NCBI GenBank assembly: GCA_042563375.1 | Contig: JBHPMF010000007.1 | Span: 218-64,217, forward strand | Direction: 5' to 3' | DNA: 64,000 bases | Source: Elusimicrobiota bacterium | Lineage (GTDB): Bacteria > Elusimicrobiota > Elusimicrobia > JACQPE01 | Shown: piece by piece, positions 49,589 to 60,100 of the stretch | How the letters are laid out: every line of letters starts with the position of its first letter | How positions within the stretch are numbered: the stretch's first letter is position 1 | Program-made: the position numbers and the translations under genes | The notes under the pieces: generated by a model | Told to the model about the DNA's origin: nothing | Database searches by the model: none | Seen by the model: only the letters and a program-made list of their open reading frames with translations

Positions 49589-50044
49589 TCATAATTTCGG
49601 CTCCAAATTCGCTCTCGCGATATCCTCAAAAGGCACTTCAGCATTACTGCCTTCAATCCCAAGCGTTACCACTGAACCGTTAACTCCATAAATATTTGCT
49701 ATGGCCACATTGTCCTTTATACATGCCGGAGGCTTTCTGAATACCGCCCTGATCTGCTTGCCAACGAACCTCCTGTAATCATCAATGCTCTTAAGCGCCC
49801 TGTAAATACCCGGGGAAGAAACCTCGAGCACATAAGGCCCCTCAGTCGGATCCTCCTGATCAAAGGCCTGGCTGATGGACCTGCTCACCTTTTCGCAATC
49901 ACTAAGACTCACGCGCTCTTGAGGGTCCTTTTTCTCAATGTACACTCTCAAAACTTTGCGCTTCCCCTCAGACCCGAATTCATGCCCCATAAAGCAATAA
50001 TCCATGCTTTCAACGGACGTTTTTAAGAACTCTTCAATGTTCAT
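49589..50044 (-). CDS. rimP: Ribosome maturation factor RimP
   Basis: LRVYI.K, DCE.VSR.IS, Y.LEVSSPG. Confidence 0.92.
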   Translation of the reverse strand: MNIEEFLKTSVESMDYCFMGHEFGSEGKRKVLRVYIEKKDPQERVSLSDCEKVSRSISQAFDQEDPTEGPYVLEVSSPGIYRALKSIDDYRRFVGKQIRAVFRKPPACIKDNVAIANIYGVNGSVVTLGIEGSNAEVPFEDIARANLEPKL

Positions 50045-50242
50045 AAGTAAATATAATGCGTCCCCTACCGGAGACGTATTATATGCATCCCAAACTTGAT
50101 CCGGGATCCAGATTCTTCATCCAGCATATTCCCAGAGCTAAAGTCCGAGTTCTGATAACCGGATTTACAAATTCCAGCATTTACATAAAAAGGTGAATTC
50201 TCTTTATTGCTGACTGAACCTTGATTCAACCATTAAAACAAA

Positions 50243-50269
50243 AAGGGCGCTCTTATGCAGAGCCCCCTT
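50243..50269 (-). promoter_or_regulatory. Terminator-like leader hairpin upstream of rimP
   Basis: Minus strand AAGGGGGCTCT-GCATA-AGAGCGCCCTT followed by TTGTTTT. Confidence 0.5.
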
Positions 50270-50330
50270 CCCTTATATCTAATATTTTATTATATTTACC
50301 TAATCAGAAACAGGGGTAAGCAAAAGCATA

Positions 50331-50403
50331 GGGCCCGTAGCTCAGTTGGTAGAGCATCCGCCTTTTAAGCGGGTGGCCGCGCGTTCGAGTCGCGCCGGGC
50401 CCA
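50331..50403 (+). tRNA. tRNA-Lys (UUU), CCA not encoded
   Basis: GGGCCCG acceptor stem, TAGCTCAGTTGGTAGAGC D arm, anticodon loop CT-TTT-AA, GTTCGAGTC T arm. Confidence 0.95.
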
Positions 50404-50564
50404 AATATAAGCAAAAATGCTAAATTCTAAAGTATAAATGCTAAAAATAAGGAAATCTTTATTATGGCAATTTATACGTTTTCTTGATTTATTTACATTT
50501 AGCCCTCAGCAAAGCAGCCCTATGGCATGCCCCACAGGGCATAATTTAGACCTTCTATATGCTG

Positions 50565-50701
50565 TTATCCACATAATTTAAGACTACTTATTAACATTTC
50601 AACAAGTTATCCACAATCTATTGGTGTCAGACTTGAAATTTAGCGCATATACCATTATTCCTTGCTTTTCATTTAATGCCTGGCATTTTAAGTGTGGATA
50701 T
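50565..50701. promoter_or_regulatory. Cluster of DnaA boxes
   Basis: TTATCCACA at 50565 and 50607, TTATTAACA at 50588, TGTGGATAT at 50693, in an AT-rich spacer. Confidence 0.5.
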
Positions 50702-50916
50702 GTATGTGTGGCTAGTAGACAGGGGGGGCAGTAGGCAGCATAAAGTAGACAATAGACAGGGGCAGTAGGCAGGGGGCAGGGAAAAAGAAAATCTTAATTT
50801 AAACTGAAAGATAGTGGATTTTAATACTCTGATTAGTCTTATTCGGTTTCTGAGGTATGCTCAGTGTTCTCTTTATTCTGCCTCTTCCCTGTATACTGTC
50901 TACTGTATGCTATATG

Positions 50917-51285
50917 CTACATTGCAAGCAGTTCTTTGATCGTGTCCACTGCTTGCAATGGATCACAGGGTTTGGTTAGGTATTTGGCAGCTCCCAGAGA
51001 CAAACCTTTTTTAATATCTTCCTGCTGAGTCAAAGCTGAAAGTATGACAATAGGGATCGCGCTTGTGGAAGGATCGCTTTTAAGATAGATCAAAACTTCC
51101 CACCCGCTCTTTCCGGGAAGACCGATATCAAGCATCATAGCATCAGGAAGCCCGAATCTTGCCTGCTCGATCGCTGAATCTCCATCATACGCAGCTTCCA
51201 CGTCAAAACCTTCAAGCTGGAAAGCATCCTGAAGCATCTGGCTGATATGAGGCTCGTCTTCGACTATAAGTACTTTTGCGGACAT
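50917..51285 (-). CDS. Single-domain response regulator
   Basis: VLIVEDE, PD..LD..LP..SG, PIV.LSA, GA..YL.KP. Confidence 0.92.
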   Translation of the reverse strand: MSAKVLIVEDEPHISQMLQDAFQLEGFDVEAAYDGDSAIEQARFGLPDAMMLDIGLPGKSGWEVLIYLKSDPSTSAIPIVILSALTQQEDIKKGLSLGAAKYLTKPCDPLQAVDTIKELLAM

Positions 51286-51301
51286 ATGATTATAACCATA
51301 T

Positions 51302-51452
51302 AATGCTAAATGCTAAAAAGCGTGAAACGTGAGACGTGAAACGTAAAATGTCAAAAACAAAAAGCAAGAAAAAATCTGGGTCTTTTTTTCCGACAAACTT
51401 CTTGCGCCTAATGTCTAACGTCTTACGCTGTAAGTTTTTTAGCATTTAGCCC
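51302..51452. repeat. Nested heptamer inverted-repeat element (CGTGARA inside TGCTAAA)
   Basis: AATGCTAAATGCTAAAAAG-CGTGAAACGTGAGACGTGAAACG...CGTCTTACGCT-...TTAGCATTTAGC; similar structure at 26710-26825. Confidence 0.7.
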
Positions 51453-51516
51453 TTTGTTTTCTATATTACCTTTTTATTCATGCATATTAGTGCGCTAATT
51501 CGCACATGCTCATGTT

Positions 51517-53106
51517 CTAGCTGATCAAGCTCTCGGAAATATCTTCCCCCTCAGGCTCGGGAGGCTTATCAAGCTTTGGGAACACTACGGTGAACTGCGC
51601 GCCTCCGACGTCAAGATTCTCCGCCATTATTTTTCCGCCCATGCGCTCCATCAATGCCTTGGAGATCACAAGCCCCAAGCCTGTTCCAACTGTCTTTTTT
51701 GATATCGCGTCGCCTGAGCGCGAAAACGGGGTAAAGAGCTTTCCCAGAAATTCCCTGGGGATCCCGGGCCCCTGATCCCTGACATGCACAACAATGCTCT
51801 TTGGCAATTCCAACCCCTCGATCGTAACAGACTTTTCAACGGGAGTATATTTGGCAGCGTTGGAAAGCAGATTGAGAAATATTTGTTTGACCTTATCCTC
51901 GTCCAGCAATGCCACGAACTCTCCCTCCATAAAAGAAACCTCATACCTGGGCTGATCAGGCCTCATCTTTAAGCCCGCGACAACGCTCTCTGCCACTGAT
52001 CTTAAATTGACCTCCTTATAATCAAGCTCTATTCTTCCCTGCTGTATGCGTTTTAAATCCAATATCTCATTTATCATCTTTGCCAGTCTGTTGGATTCAT
52101 CCACGACCGCTTTGCAATAGCTCAGGATCTTTTCCTTGCCCAGACGGTCATAGAATTTGAGGATCATTGAGTTGAATCCCTGAATAGCCGAAAGCGGGGT
52201 TCTTAGTTCATGCGAAGCGAATGACACGAATTTTGATTCCATGTCAGCCATCTCCTTGACCTTTTTATTGATCACCTGCAAGCTTTCATTAGCCTCCTGG
52301 AGCTGGTTCGTGCGCTGCTTTACAAGCACTCCCAGTTCATTTTTGGATACTGTTGTGGATTTAAGCTTCTTGACCATGGTATTAAACGAGAGGGCGAGCT
52401 GCCCGATCTCATCAGCCGCAGGCGCCCGCACCTGCGTTTGCAGGTCCCCCTCAGCCACTTTGCCGGCTGCCGCCTGCAATGCCTTAAGAGGCTTGACTAT
52501 CCTGCCGATGAACATTATCGAAGCCACTGTTGCCAAAAGGATAAGGGTCAGCACTGAGATCACGGCCCAGGTAAAAATGTCTTTCATGATTTCATCAAGC
52601 CTGTGGGATGAAAGCCCTATCAGTATCGCTCCTATCACAAGCGAGGACTTACCTGTTGGAAAAAGCGTTTCCCTGCCGCCTGTCTTATAGGATTGAGGCC
52701 CTTGTATTGATATCCCTGCCAGGTAACGCCTGTTGCCCTCATCCCACCTGACAGACACTTTACCGCTTGAAAGCACTTCCTGCACCCACTTATCAACAAA
52801 GAATTTACCGCCCCTTCTGCCTGGTTCTGAATGAGCGAGGATGAGCCCGTCATTGCTAATGACGATCGCTATGCTGACATCATCATCTTCCTTAAGGGAT
52901 GTTATCACGCCCTCCATGCCCCGCACGTAATTCCCCCTTTTACTTGCGAAAGTCGCCTGTTTTGACACGGCCTTGACCAGTATCGTGGCCCTGCGCCTAA
53001 GTTCCTCATCAAACGAGTTTTTTGAATGATAATAAAACACAAGAGAAACAATACCCGCAGTGACTGATACAAGCAGAATAAATAGAGCGATCAGTTTTTT
53101 AGCCAT
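51517..53106 (-). CDS. Membrane sensor histidine kinase (HAMP-HisKA-HATPase)
   Basis: Two TMs, DEIGQLA.SFN.M, SHELRTPL, NLLSNA.KYT, D.GPGI, GTGLGL. Confidence 0.93.
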   Translation of the reverse strand: MAKKLIALFILLVSVTAGIVSLVFYYHSKNSFDEELRRRATILVKAVSKQATFASKRGNYVRGMEGVITSLKEDDDVSIAIVISNDGLILAHSEPGRRGGKFFVDKWVQEVLSSGKVSVRWDEGNRRYLAGISIQGPQSYKTGGRETLFPTGKSSLVIGAILIGLSSHRLDEIMKDIFTWAVISVLTLILLATVASIMFIGRIVKPLKALQAAAGKVAEGDLQTQVRAPAADEIGQLALSFNTMVKKLKSTTVSKNELGVLVKQRTNQLQEANESLQVINKKVKEMADMESKFVSFASHELRTPLSAIQGFNSMILKFYDRLGKEKILSYCKAVVDESNRLAKMINEILDLKRIQQGRIELDYKEVNLRSVAESVVAGLKMRPDQPRYEVSFMEGEFVALLDEDKVKQIFLNLLSNAAKYTPVEKSVTIEGLELPKSIVVHVRDQGPGIPREFLGKLFTPFSRSGDAISKKTVGTGLGLVISKALMERMGGKIMAENLDVGGAQFTVVFPKLDKPPEPEGEDISESLIS

Positions 53107-53276
53107 AAAAATAATACAGCAGACAGTAAACAGCAGACAGCAGACAGGTTAGAAAGGAACTCTTCCATGTACTGCTACCGGCTACTCTCTACTTTCTTTA
53201 TAGCCTGACATTTGTATAATTTCAACGGATAATTTAGAATGATTGTAATACATGTCCGTTGGGCATGCATTACAAT

Positions 53277-53338
53277 CATCCCGGACTTGTTTCGGGATCT
53301 CCACAGAAAAGAGATCCTGAACTAAATTCAGGATAACA
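53277..53338. repeat. RPE-like palindromic element
   Basis: TCATCCCGGACTTGTTTCGGGATCTC...GAGATCCTGAACTAAATTCAGGATAACA; related remnant near 50086-50110. Confidence 0.6.
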
Positions 53339-53350
53339 GAATAAATACTT

Positions 53351-54091
53351 ATGAAAGTCTTAAAGATTTTAATTTTCAGCTTAGCGGCTTTGTGCCTCAG
53401 CGGCTCAGTGCCTTCTCTGCATGCCGAGCAATTCGATAAATTCAAGCAATATGTGACAAAAATAAACTTAAAGCCGTTTGCAAAAGACCTTGGCGGCCTT
53501 ATCGGCGCAGGCTCTTTTCACAGCGGACGCTCTCTTGGATTCCCCGGGGTTGACGTAGCCGGACATGCCGCAGTACAGGCAAAGCCTTCAAAGAAAAACC
53601 TTATTCTCGTAACAGCCAAGGAAGATAATCTCGCTGTTGGTTTTGCCCAAGGAGAGATAGGCCTGCCATACAAGATAGATGTGATACTGCGGGGCACAAG
53701 TTTCGGAGACTCAGCCATTGTGGGAGGCGGCCTGCGATACGGGATACTCCGGCCGAAGCTTCTTCCGTTTGTACCGTCGCTGTCGATCTCGGGTTTCAGT
53801 CATGTGATGAGCCATACCTTCTTTTCAGCTGTGCACTCGTCTGTTAACCTGACGCTGAGCGTATCAATGCCGTTTATACAGCCCTATATCGGCGGAGGCA
53901 TGGATTTCTGCAAGGTTAAGATCAAGGAATCGAACACTGCAACGCTGGTTGGCTACAAGATAAAGGAAGAAGGCGCAAGGGGCACAGCCGGCATAAACAT
54001 AAAACTATTCCCCTTAACGTACTTTCACGCAGCGTATACAAACTTCCACGGTCAGGACGGGTACGAAGGCGGGATTGGGTTTAAGCTGTAA
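53351..54091 (+). CDS. Putative outer-membrane beta-barrel protein
   Basis: Signal peptide, amphipathic strands, PY.G.G, C-terminal G.GFKL. Confidence 0.65.
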   Translation: MKVLKILIFSLAALCLSGSVPSLHAEQFDKFKQYVTKINLKPFAKDLGGLIGAGSFHSGRSLGFPGVDVAGHAAVQAKPSKKNLILVTAKEDNLAVGFAQGEIGLPYKIDVILRGTSFGDSAIVGGGLRYGILRPKLLPFVPSLSISGFSHVMSHTFFSAVHSSVNLTLSVSMPFIQPYIGGGMDFCKVKIKESNTATLVGYKIKEEGARGTAGINIKLFPLTYFHAAYTNFHGQDGYEGGIGFKL

Positions 54092-54109
54092 ACAGCTTAA
54101 ACCCAATCC
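54072..54109. terminator. Perfect 18-bp inverted repeat between convergent genes (possible bidirectional terminator)
   Basis: GGATTGGGTTTAAGCTGT-AA-ACAGCTTAAACCCAATCC. Confidence 0.5.
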
Positions 54110-54174
54110 GTTCTGCTGTGCTCCCGTGCTCCCGTGCTCCCGTTAATAAAGGAAATTCCTCTATCAACAGCATT

Positions 54175-57100
54175 TTAATGAATAATGCCTACTTTTCTGG
54201 TGATCGTCTGCGAACCCTTGGGAGAATTAACCTCGATCCTTACGATATAACCGCCTTTACCCACTTTTCTTCCGCCTGAAGTATTTCCGAACCACTTCAT
54301 GAAATTTGGTCCTGCGCGGCATCCATTGGGATCTCCCGGAGAACAGCTCCACTCCCTTACCTTGTATCCAAGCAGATCATATACAGTGATCTTCACGCTT
54401 GAATCCTGAGCAAGCGTATAGGCGATCGTGGTATGTCCCCCCTTCCTGGTATCAACAGGATTCGGATAATTCGACACCTTGTTTATGACTTCCGGAGGCT
54501 CGCTTGATGCTGTTGGTTTTGAATCAACTGACCAGGTTGACGGAGCTCCTGCTGTGTTGAATGAGCGCACTCTGTATGAGTAATAACGCCCTGACGGTCT
54601 CGGGTTCTCACCCGGATAATTCGGATCGCCTACGATGAATGAATTATTGACCGCTCCGCCCGGCCTTCTTGCGGGTATCAGGGCAATGGTTTTCCATACC
54701 GGGTTACTATCCTCTCTTTCCTGGATCTCATATAAGAGTACACGGCTCTCATCATCAGAGCTGGCGTTCCAGTCGATCTGGAAGGAGTTCCCGCTTATAG
54801 TTCCTCCTGTTGCCACAGCAGGCATTCCCGGAACACTCGGAGGCGACGGGTCAACCCTGTACATAAACAATGGTCTTCCCAATAGATTGGGTATTATTGC
54901 GCCGCCTTGATCGGATTCAGCTCGCACCGAATAAAGCACAGCATCATCTGAAACAACTTCGCCTTTAAGGTGATGCTGGGCAATGCTTCCCACTGCTCCG
55001 CGCGTGACGATCGCGAATTGGCTCGTCCCCGTGACTTTTTGCGCTTGAATGATCTCGCTCCCGATATAGAACCTCATTTTCTGCTCAGGGAATACACTCC
55101 CGTCCTCAACATAAAAGGCAGTATCATCAGGACTGATATCAGCATAAAGCCTTGTGGTTTTTGGAACAGCAAGAGCCAAACCTGTCAGGTTCTTGCTTGC
55201 GTTCATCCCGGCCTGCTGCCACTGGGCAAGCCCCTCAGTGCTTAAGAAATCCTTGCCCAAAGCAACATAATACGCCCTGATATTAGGGACCTTGCCCCAG
55301 GCTCCATACATCTCAGTCGTGACATTCGACCATGCGCTTTTCGCGAATCCCTGATCAGGCACAGGTATGTAGCTGCCTTCCAGATTCCTAAGGAACACTT
55401 GAGGCACGCCTCCTCCCACGCTTTGCACCATGTCTCCTATGCCGTCATCGTTGTAATCAACATCAAGGACTCCGTCCCCGTCAAGATCAGTCTCAGGGAT
55501 ATTGTCTCCGTCGATATCTACCTCATCCTTTCTTCCGTCACCGTTAAAATCATAATTATCAGCATCACCGTCTCCGTCAATATCGATCAATGGCTCGCCG
55601 CTGGATGATATCCTGTTGTCAAGATCAGGAACAACAAGACCCTTGCTGTCGCGCACAATATTGCCTGATGAGTCTTTTACAGCGAATGCCGGGTATTTGT
55701 CATTCGCATAACAGATCGCAGGAATAAGATTCACTGCTTTGATCACCTCAGGAGTAATAAGGCTCAAGTTCGAAGCAACAGGCAGATGATAAACAGGATC
55801 TTCTCCCACGCTTACTGCTTGGGCTGCTCCCGGGCTTAAAATATCACTTATAGAGTTGATCCTCAGTCCCACTTGATGGCCCAAGAACGAACACCCGGCA
55901 GGCCCTGATGGATCAGCCTGTATTCCCATTGTCGGACATCCTTCAGTGTCATTTGGACTGATATCACCCACAATAAATATTATCACCGGGGTCGCTTCGA
56001 CTCTTAAGCGGCCTGTGCTATTGTGATCCAAAGGCACTAAAGCCACTCCGCCTGTGAAATCACTCGAACCTCCGGCATACCCGTCATGTATTACGCTTCC
56101 GATATTTGTGTCCCCGTCAGGAGTAAATGTCTGGTTACCGTCAGCATCAACATACACTGATAGTTTCTCTATATCACCCTGGCCTTCAGTACCGATCTGC
56201 GGCGAATCAACCGTGCCTGTCTGGTCGACCCTGATCGTGCCTATATCAAGATAATTCTTGCTCACTGAGAGCGTAAGCTGCGTGAAAGCGATTTCTGTCA
56301 TTCCGGGCTTGACGCCCGCGGGAGCCAGGTTCGTGCCTTTGACAGAAAGCACGATCGAGCCTATACTCGCCAAAGAAGTGCTGTACGGGAAATTCTGCGT
56401 GCCGCTTCCATCCGGCTGAGTACGGCTCACATCAACATATATCCGGGAGTCTACTTTGTGCGGTCTTGCGACTCCAACCGCTCCGGCGCTTGAGATCTTT
56501 AATCCTATCAGGTTGCCCACTGTGGCTTCCTCATGTATATCATAAGTCAAGAAATAGGTCTGAATGGTCCTGGTGATAAGCTGCGGAAGAGTAAGCTCTA
56601 TCGCTGTATAGAGATCACCCTCATCAGCCTGATTGAAAATATCCACTTTCTCTACTTTTACCCCGATAGGATGACGGGTTACAGGGGTCAGATTATCCCC
56701 AAGGCGTTGAGCCCTGGCAATAACCTGCAGAGCGCCGTTAGCGCCCACAACAGAGAAGCTTGAATACATCATGAGTTCTTTTTCTCCAACCCATATATTG
56801 CCTGAAGTCGGCCACCCTGAAGTGGATTGAACAACAAGGTCGAATGGAAGCGCAGCTGAAGTGGACATTTCAACAACAGATATGGTTTCAATGCCTGAGA
56901 TCAGATTATCGAATGAATCAAGCTCGTCATTTCCATTCACGTCTCTATAGACCTTCACGAACTTCACATCCCTGTTCGAGCCGAAAGGCTTTGAAGGATC
57001 AGCCGCTCCTGAAGCCCCGAACCGCTCAACAGTGATCGTCTGCCACTTCGCATTGCTCAGATCCACTCTCATGTTGAATCGCATTGCTTCAAAATCCTGC

Positions 57101-60100
57101 TCAGCCTGATACACGACTTTACCCAAAGCCATGTCATAGACTCCCATCTGCATAGTATTCGGAATATCAGCGCAATCTCCAAGACAAGCAGGATCTGATT
57201 CATCAGACCATGCTGTTACCATGCCGGCTTTATTAAAAGCCCTGGCCCTGTAAGCATAATAATGTCCGGGTTCCCTCGAACTTTCTCCGGGCTCATCAGG
57301 ATTGCCCACGATCTTGAAATTATTAATGGCTCCGCCCAATTTTCTCGCCGGAATAACAGCAATGGTATCCCATACGCCGTCATTGTCAATCTGCTCCTGA
57401 AGCTCATAGAGATACACGCGGGATTGCGCGTCCACGCTGGCCTCCCATGTGATGTTGAATGAACCGCTTTGAGCTGAAGCATCCGTGATCTGCGACTGAG
57501 GCTGTCCGGGAACGGACGGAGGCGATGAGTCTATCCTATACATCAGGAACGGCCTTCCTGAAGCTGAAGGCACATATTCCGAGGTGTTAAGCATGCCGCG
57601 TACCGAAAAAAGATACGCTGCATTGGTCATAACCTCGCCGGAAAGGTGATTCTGCGGAGCAGAACCCAGCACGCCCCTGCACAGCCTGCCTTCGCAAATA
57701 TTCTGAACATCGCTTGAAATAAGAAACGTATCAGAGCCTGATTTTCTTGCCATGAGTATCTCGCTTCCAACATAGAGAACCACATCATCATCCAAGAACC
57801 CGTCTGTTGATTCCACCCTTATGGTCGTATCGGATGTGTCGATGTTTGATGTAAGTCTTGTGGCAATGGAAGGAGCAAGCGTAAGGTTCTTCAAAGTCTT
57901 TGAATTAAGCGTGGGAGGACTCGAAGGTTCCCAATTCCTCAAGCCTGTGGGAGCTGAAAAGCTTCTGCCAACAGCCACCTGATACTGGTTCAGGCTCGTG
58001 TTCGTTGAGACCCTGACCCAGTAAGCATAAAGCGCTGTCTGGTCCTTGCCCCATGAGGTTTTAGCAAAACTGTAATCAGGCAGAGGGATCCTGCTGCCCT
58101 GTAAAGTCTGCAGGAATACTCTTGGCTGGCCTCCTATCACATCCACAGTATCAGGGATCTCATCATCATTGAAATCAATATCAAGGACCCCATCTCCGTC
58201 AATATCCATTTCAGGGATCCCGTCTCCGTCGATATCTATCTCAGCTTTGCGGCCATCCTCATTGATATCCATGTTGTCATATATGCCGTCATCATCAAGA
58301 TCAATCAAAGGCTCGCCATTGACCGTAGTCACACTGGTCGCGTCACCTAAAGCTACGCCATTGGCATTGCGTATGACATCTCCATTCTGGTCCAACTGCG
58401 CGAACATAGGATACGCATAAGAGGTTCCTGCTGCTGTTGAGTACACGATCTTTGGTATTAATCTTGTAGCAGGAATAATATCGCTTGTTATGGCAGCCGC
58501 AGCGCTTTGTATAGGAGGACTCTCTGTGCTGATGTCAGATGGCACAGCTTTAACCATTCCTGTGTTCTGCGGAGTCTTTATATCATTGAAGCTCCGGAGG
58601 TTAAAACCCGCTGAATGCCCTATCGTCGAATTCCCGTCAACATCAGCATCCGAGATATCAGCAACAACGAATATAGTCTGTTTTTCCGGAGTAATCCTTA
58701 ATCTGGGCCTGCTGTCAACGTTTAACAGGACCAAAGCCTGACCGTTCGAGAAATCAGATGATGTTTCTGTCTGCTGATCAGGGCGCGTGTATCCTATATG
58801 AGTCTGCCTGCCTATTTCAGTGTCGCCATCAGGCGTGAATGTTCCGTTGTCATCAGAATCAAGATAAATCGCGACTGACTTCACATCTCCCTGCCCCACT
58901 TGCGCGGTAGTCGCAGGACCGTCAACAGTGCCGATCTGATCCAGCACAAAAGCTCCGACATCAGTGTAATTGGTGTCAACCCATATTTCCATTTGAAGGA
59001 ACGGGATATTATCTGTATTTGGCTTGGCGCCTGCCGGTGACACTGAAAATCCCGAGATACTCAGTGTTATAGGCCTGATAAGGACCATAGCGGTTTCAAA
59101 CGGAAACTCATCCGTACTGGTACCCTCAGGAAAAGCTCTTGACACATTCTCAAACAGGGTTGCGCTTGTGTTATTGGGCGAAGGAATACCCACTGAATCG
59201 ACTCCAGCCACTTTTACTCCTATGGTGTCTTTGATGTCAGCTCCCTCGCCAATGTCATACGCTATAAAGAATGTCTGGGCAACAGGCGAGAGTATCTGTG
59301 ACTTTGGAAGCTCGATCTGCCTTGTGCGGTCATTGCCATCAGCTTGATTGAAAACATCCACTTTCACGATATCCGTGCCTGATGAGTGCGCTATAATGGG
59401 GGTATTGGCGTCTCCAAGCAGTTCTCCCCTGCTTGTAATACAAAGCGTTCCCATCCCCTGATAAAGCCCGTCATCAGAGCACTGATTAGCGATCCTCGTC
59501 TCAGTGCGGTTGTCGAATTTCATGAGCTCAACATCATTCACAAACACATACCCTCTCATGGGCCATGACTCGGTTGAAGTCGGAACCAGGTCAAAGCCGG
59601 CGCAATAATCCGCGGCAGCGCCGCCTGTGCATGTGATCGTATTATCATAACCTGTGGCTGTTGCGATCGCCACCATAGTGGTCGTGTTGGTTGATGATAT
59701 GAGCTCATCGCTCGAGTCCAGGGTATCACTGGCATTAACATCCTTGTAGAGCTTGACGAATCTCACGTCAGTGTTCCTGGCATAGCTGAACAGAGCATCA
59801 GCTGACGCTCCTGTCCTTTCAATAAGGAGACTTTCCCATATCGCGTTAGCAACATCGGTTTTAAGATTGAATCTTAAGAATGTGGCGCCTGCCTGGGCCT
59901 GCGATACACCGCCTTGAAGCACAAGCTCATAAGCAGCATCATAAACACCCATGCTTACCTGGCTCTCAGTCTCAATGACCTCAACGGTATTCGTTATGAA
60001 CGGAAAATTGATATTCGGGTAAAACTCGGCGTCCATGATAACATTGTCAGGGATCCTTTGCACGAATGATGTGGCTGATGTTATCTCAACGCCCACGGTT

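Noticed and set aside
50331-50403. tRNA as integration site of a genomic island
   Set aside because: No integrase and no duplicated tRNA 3' end were seen in the window.
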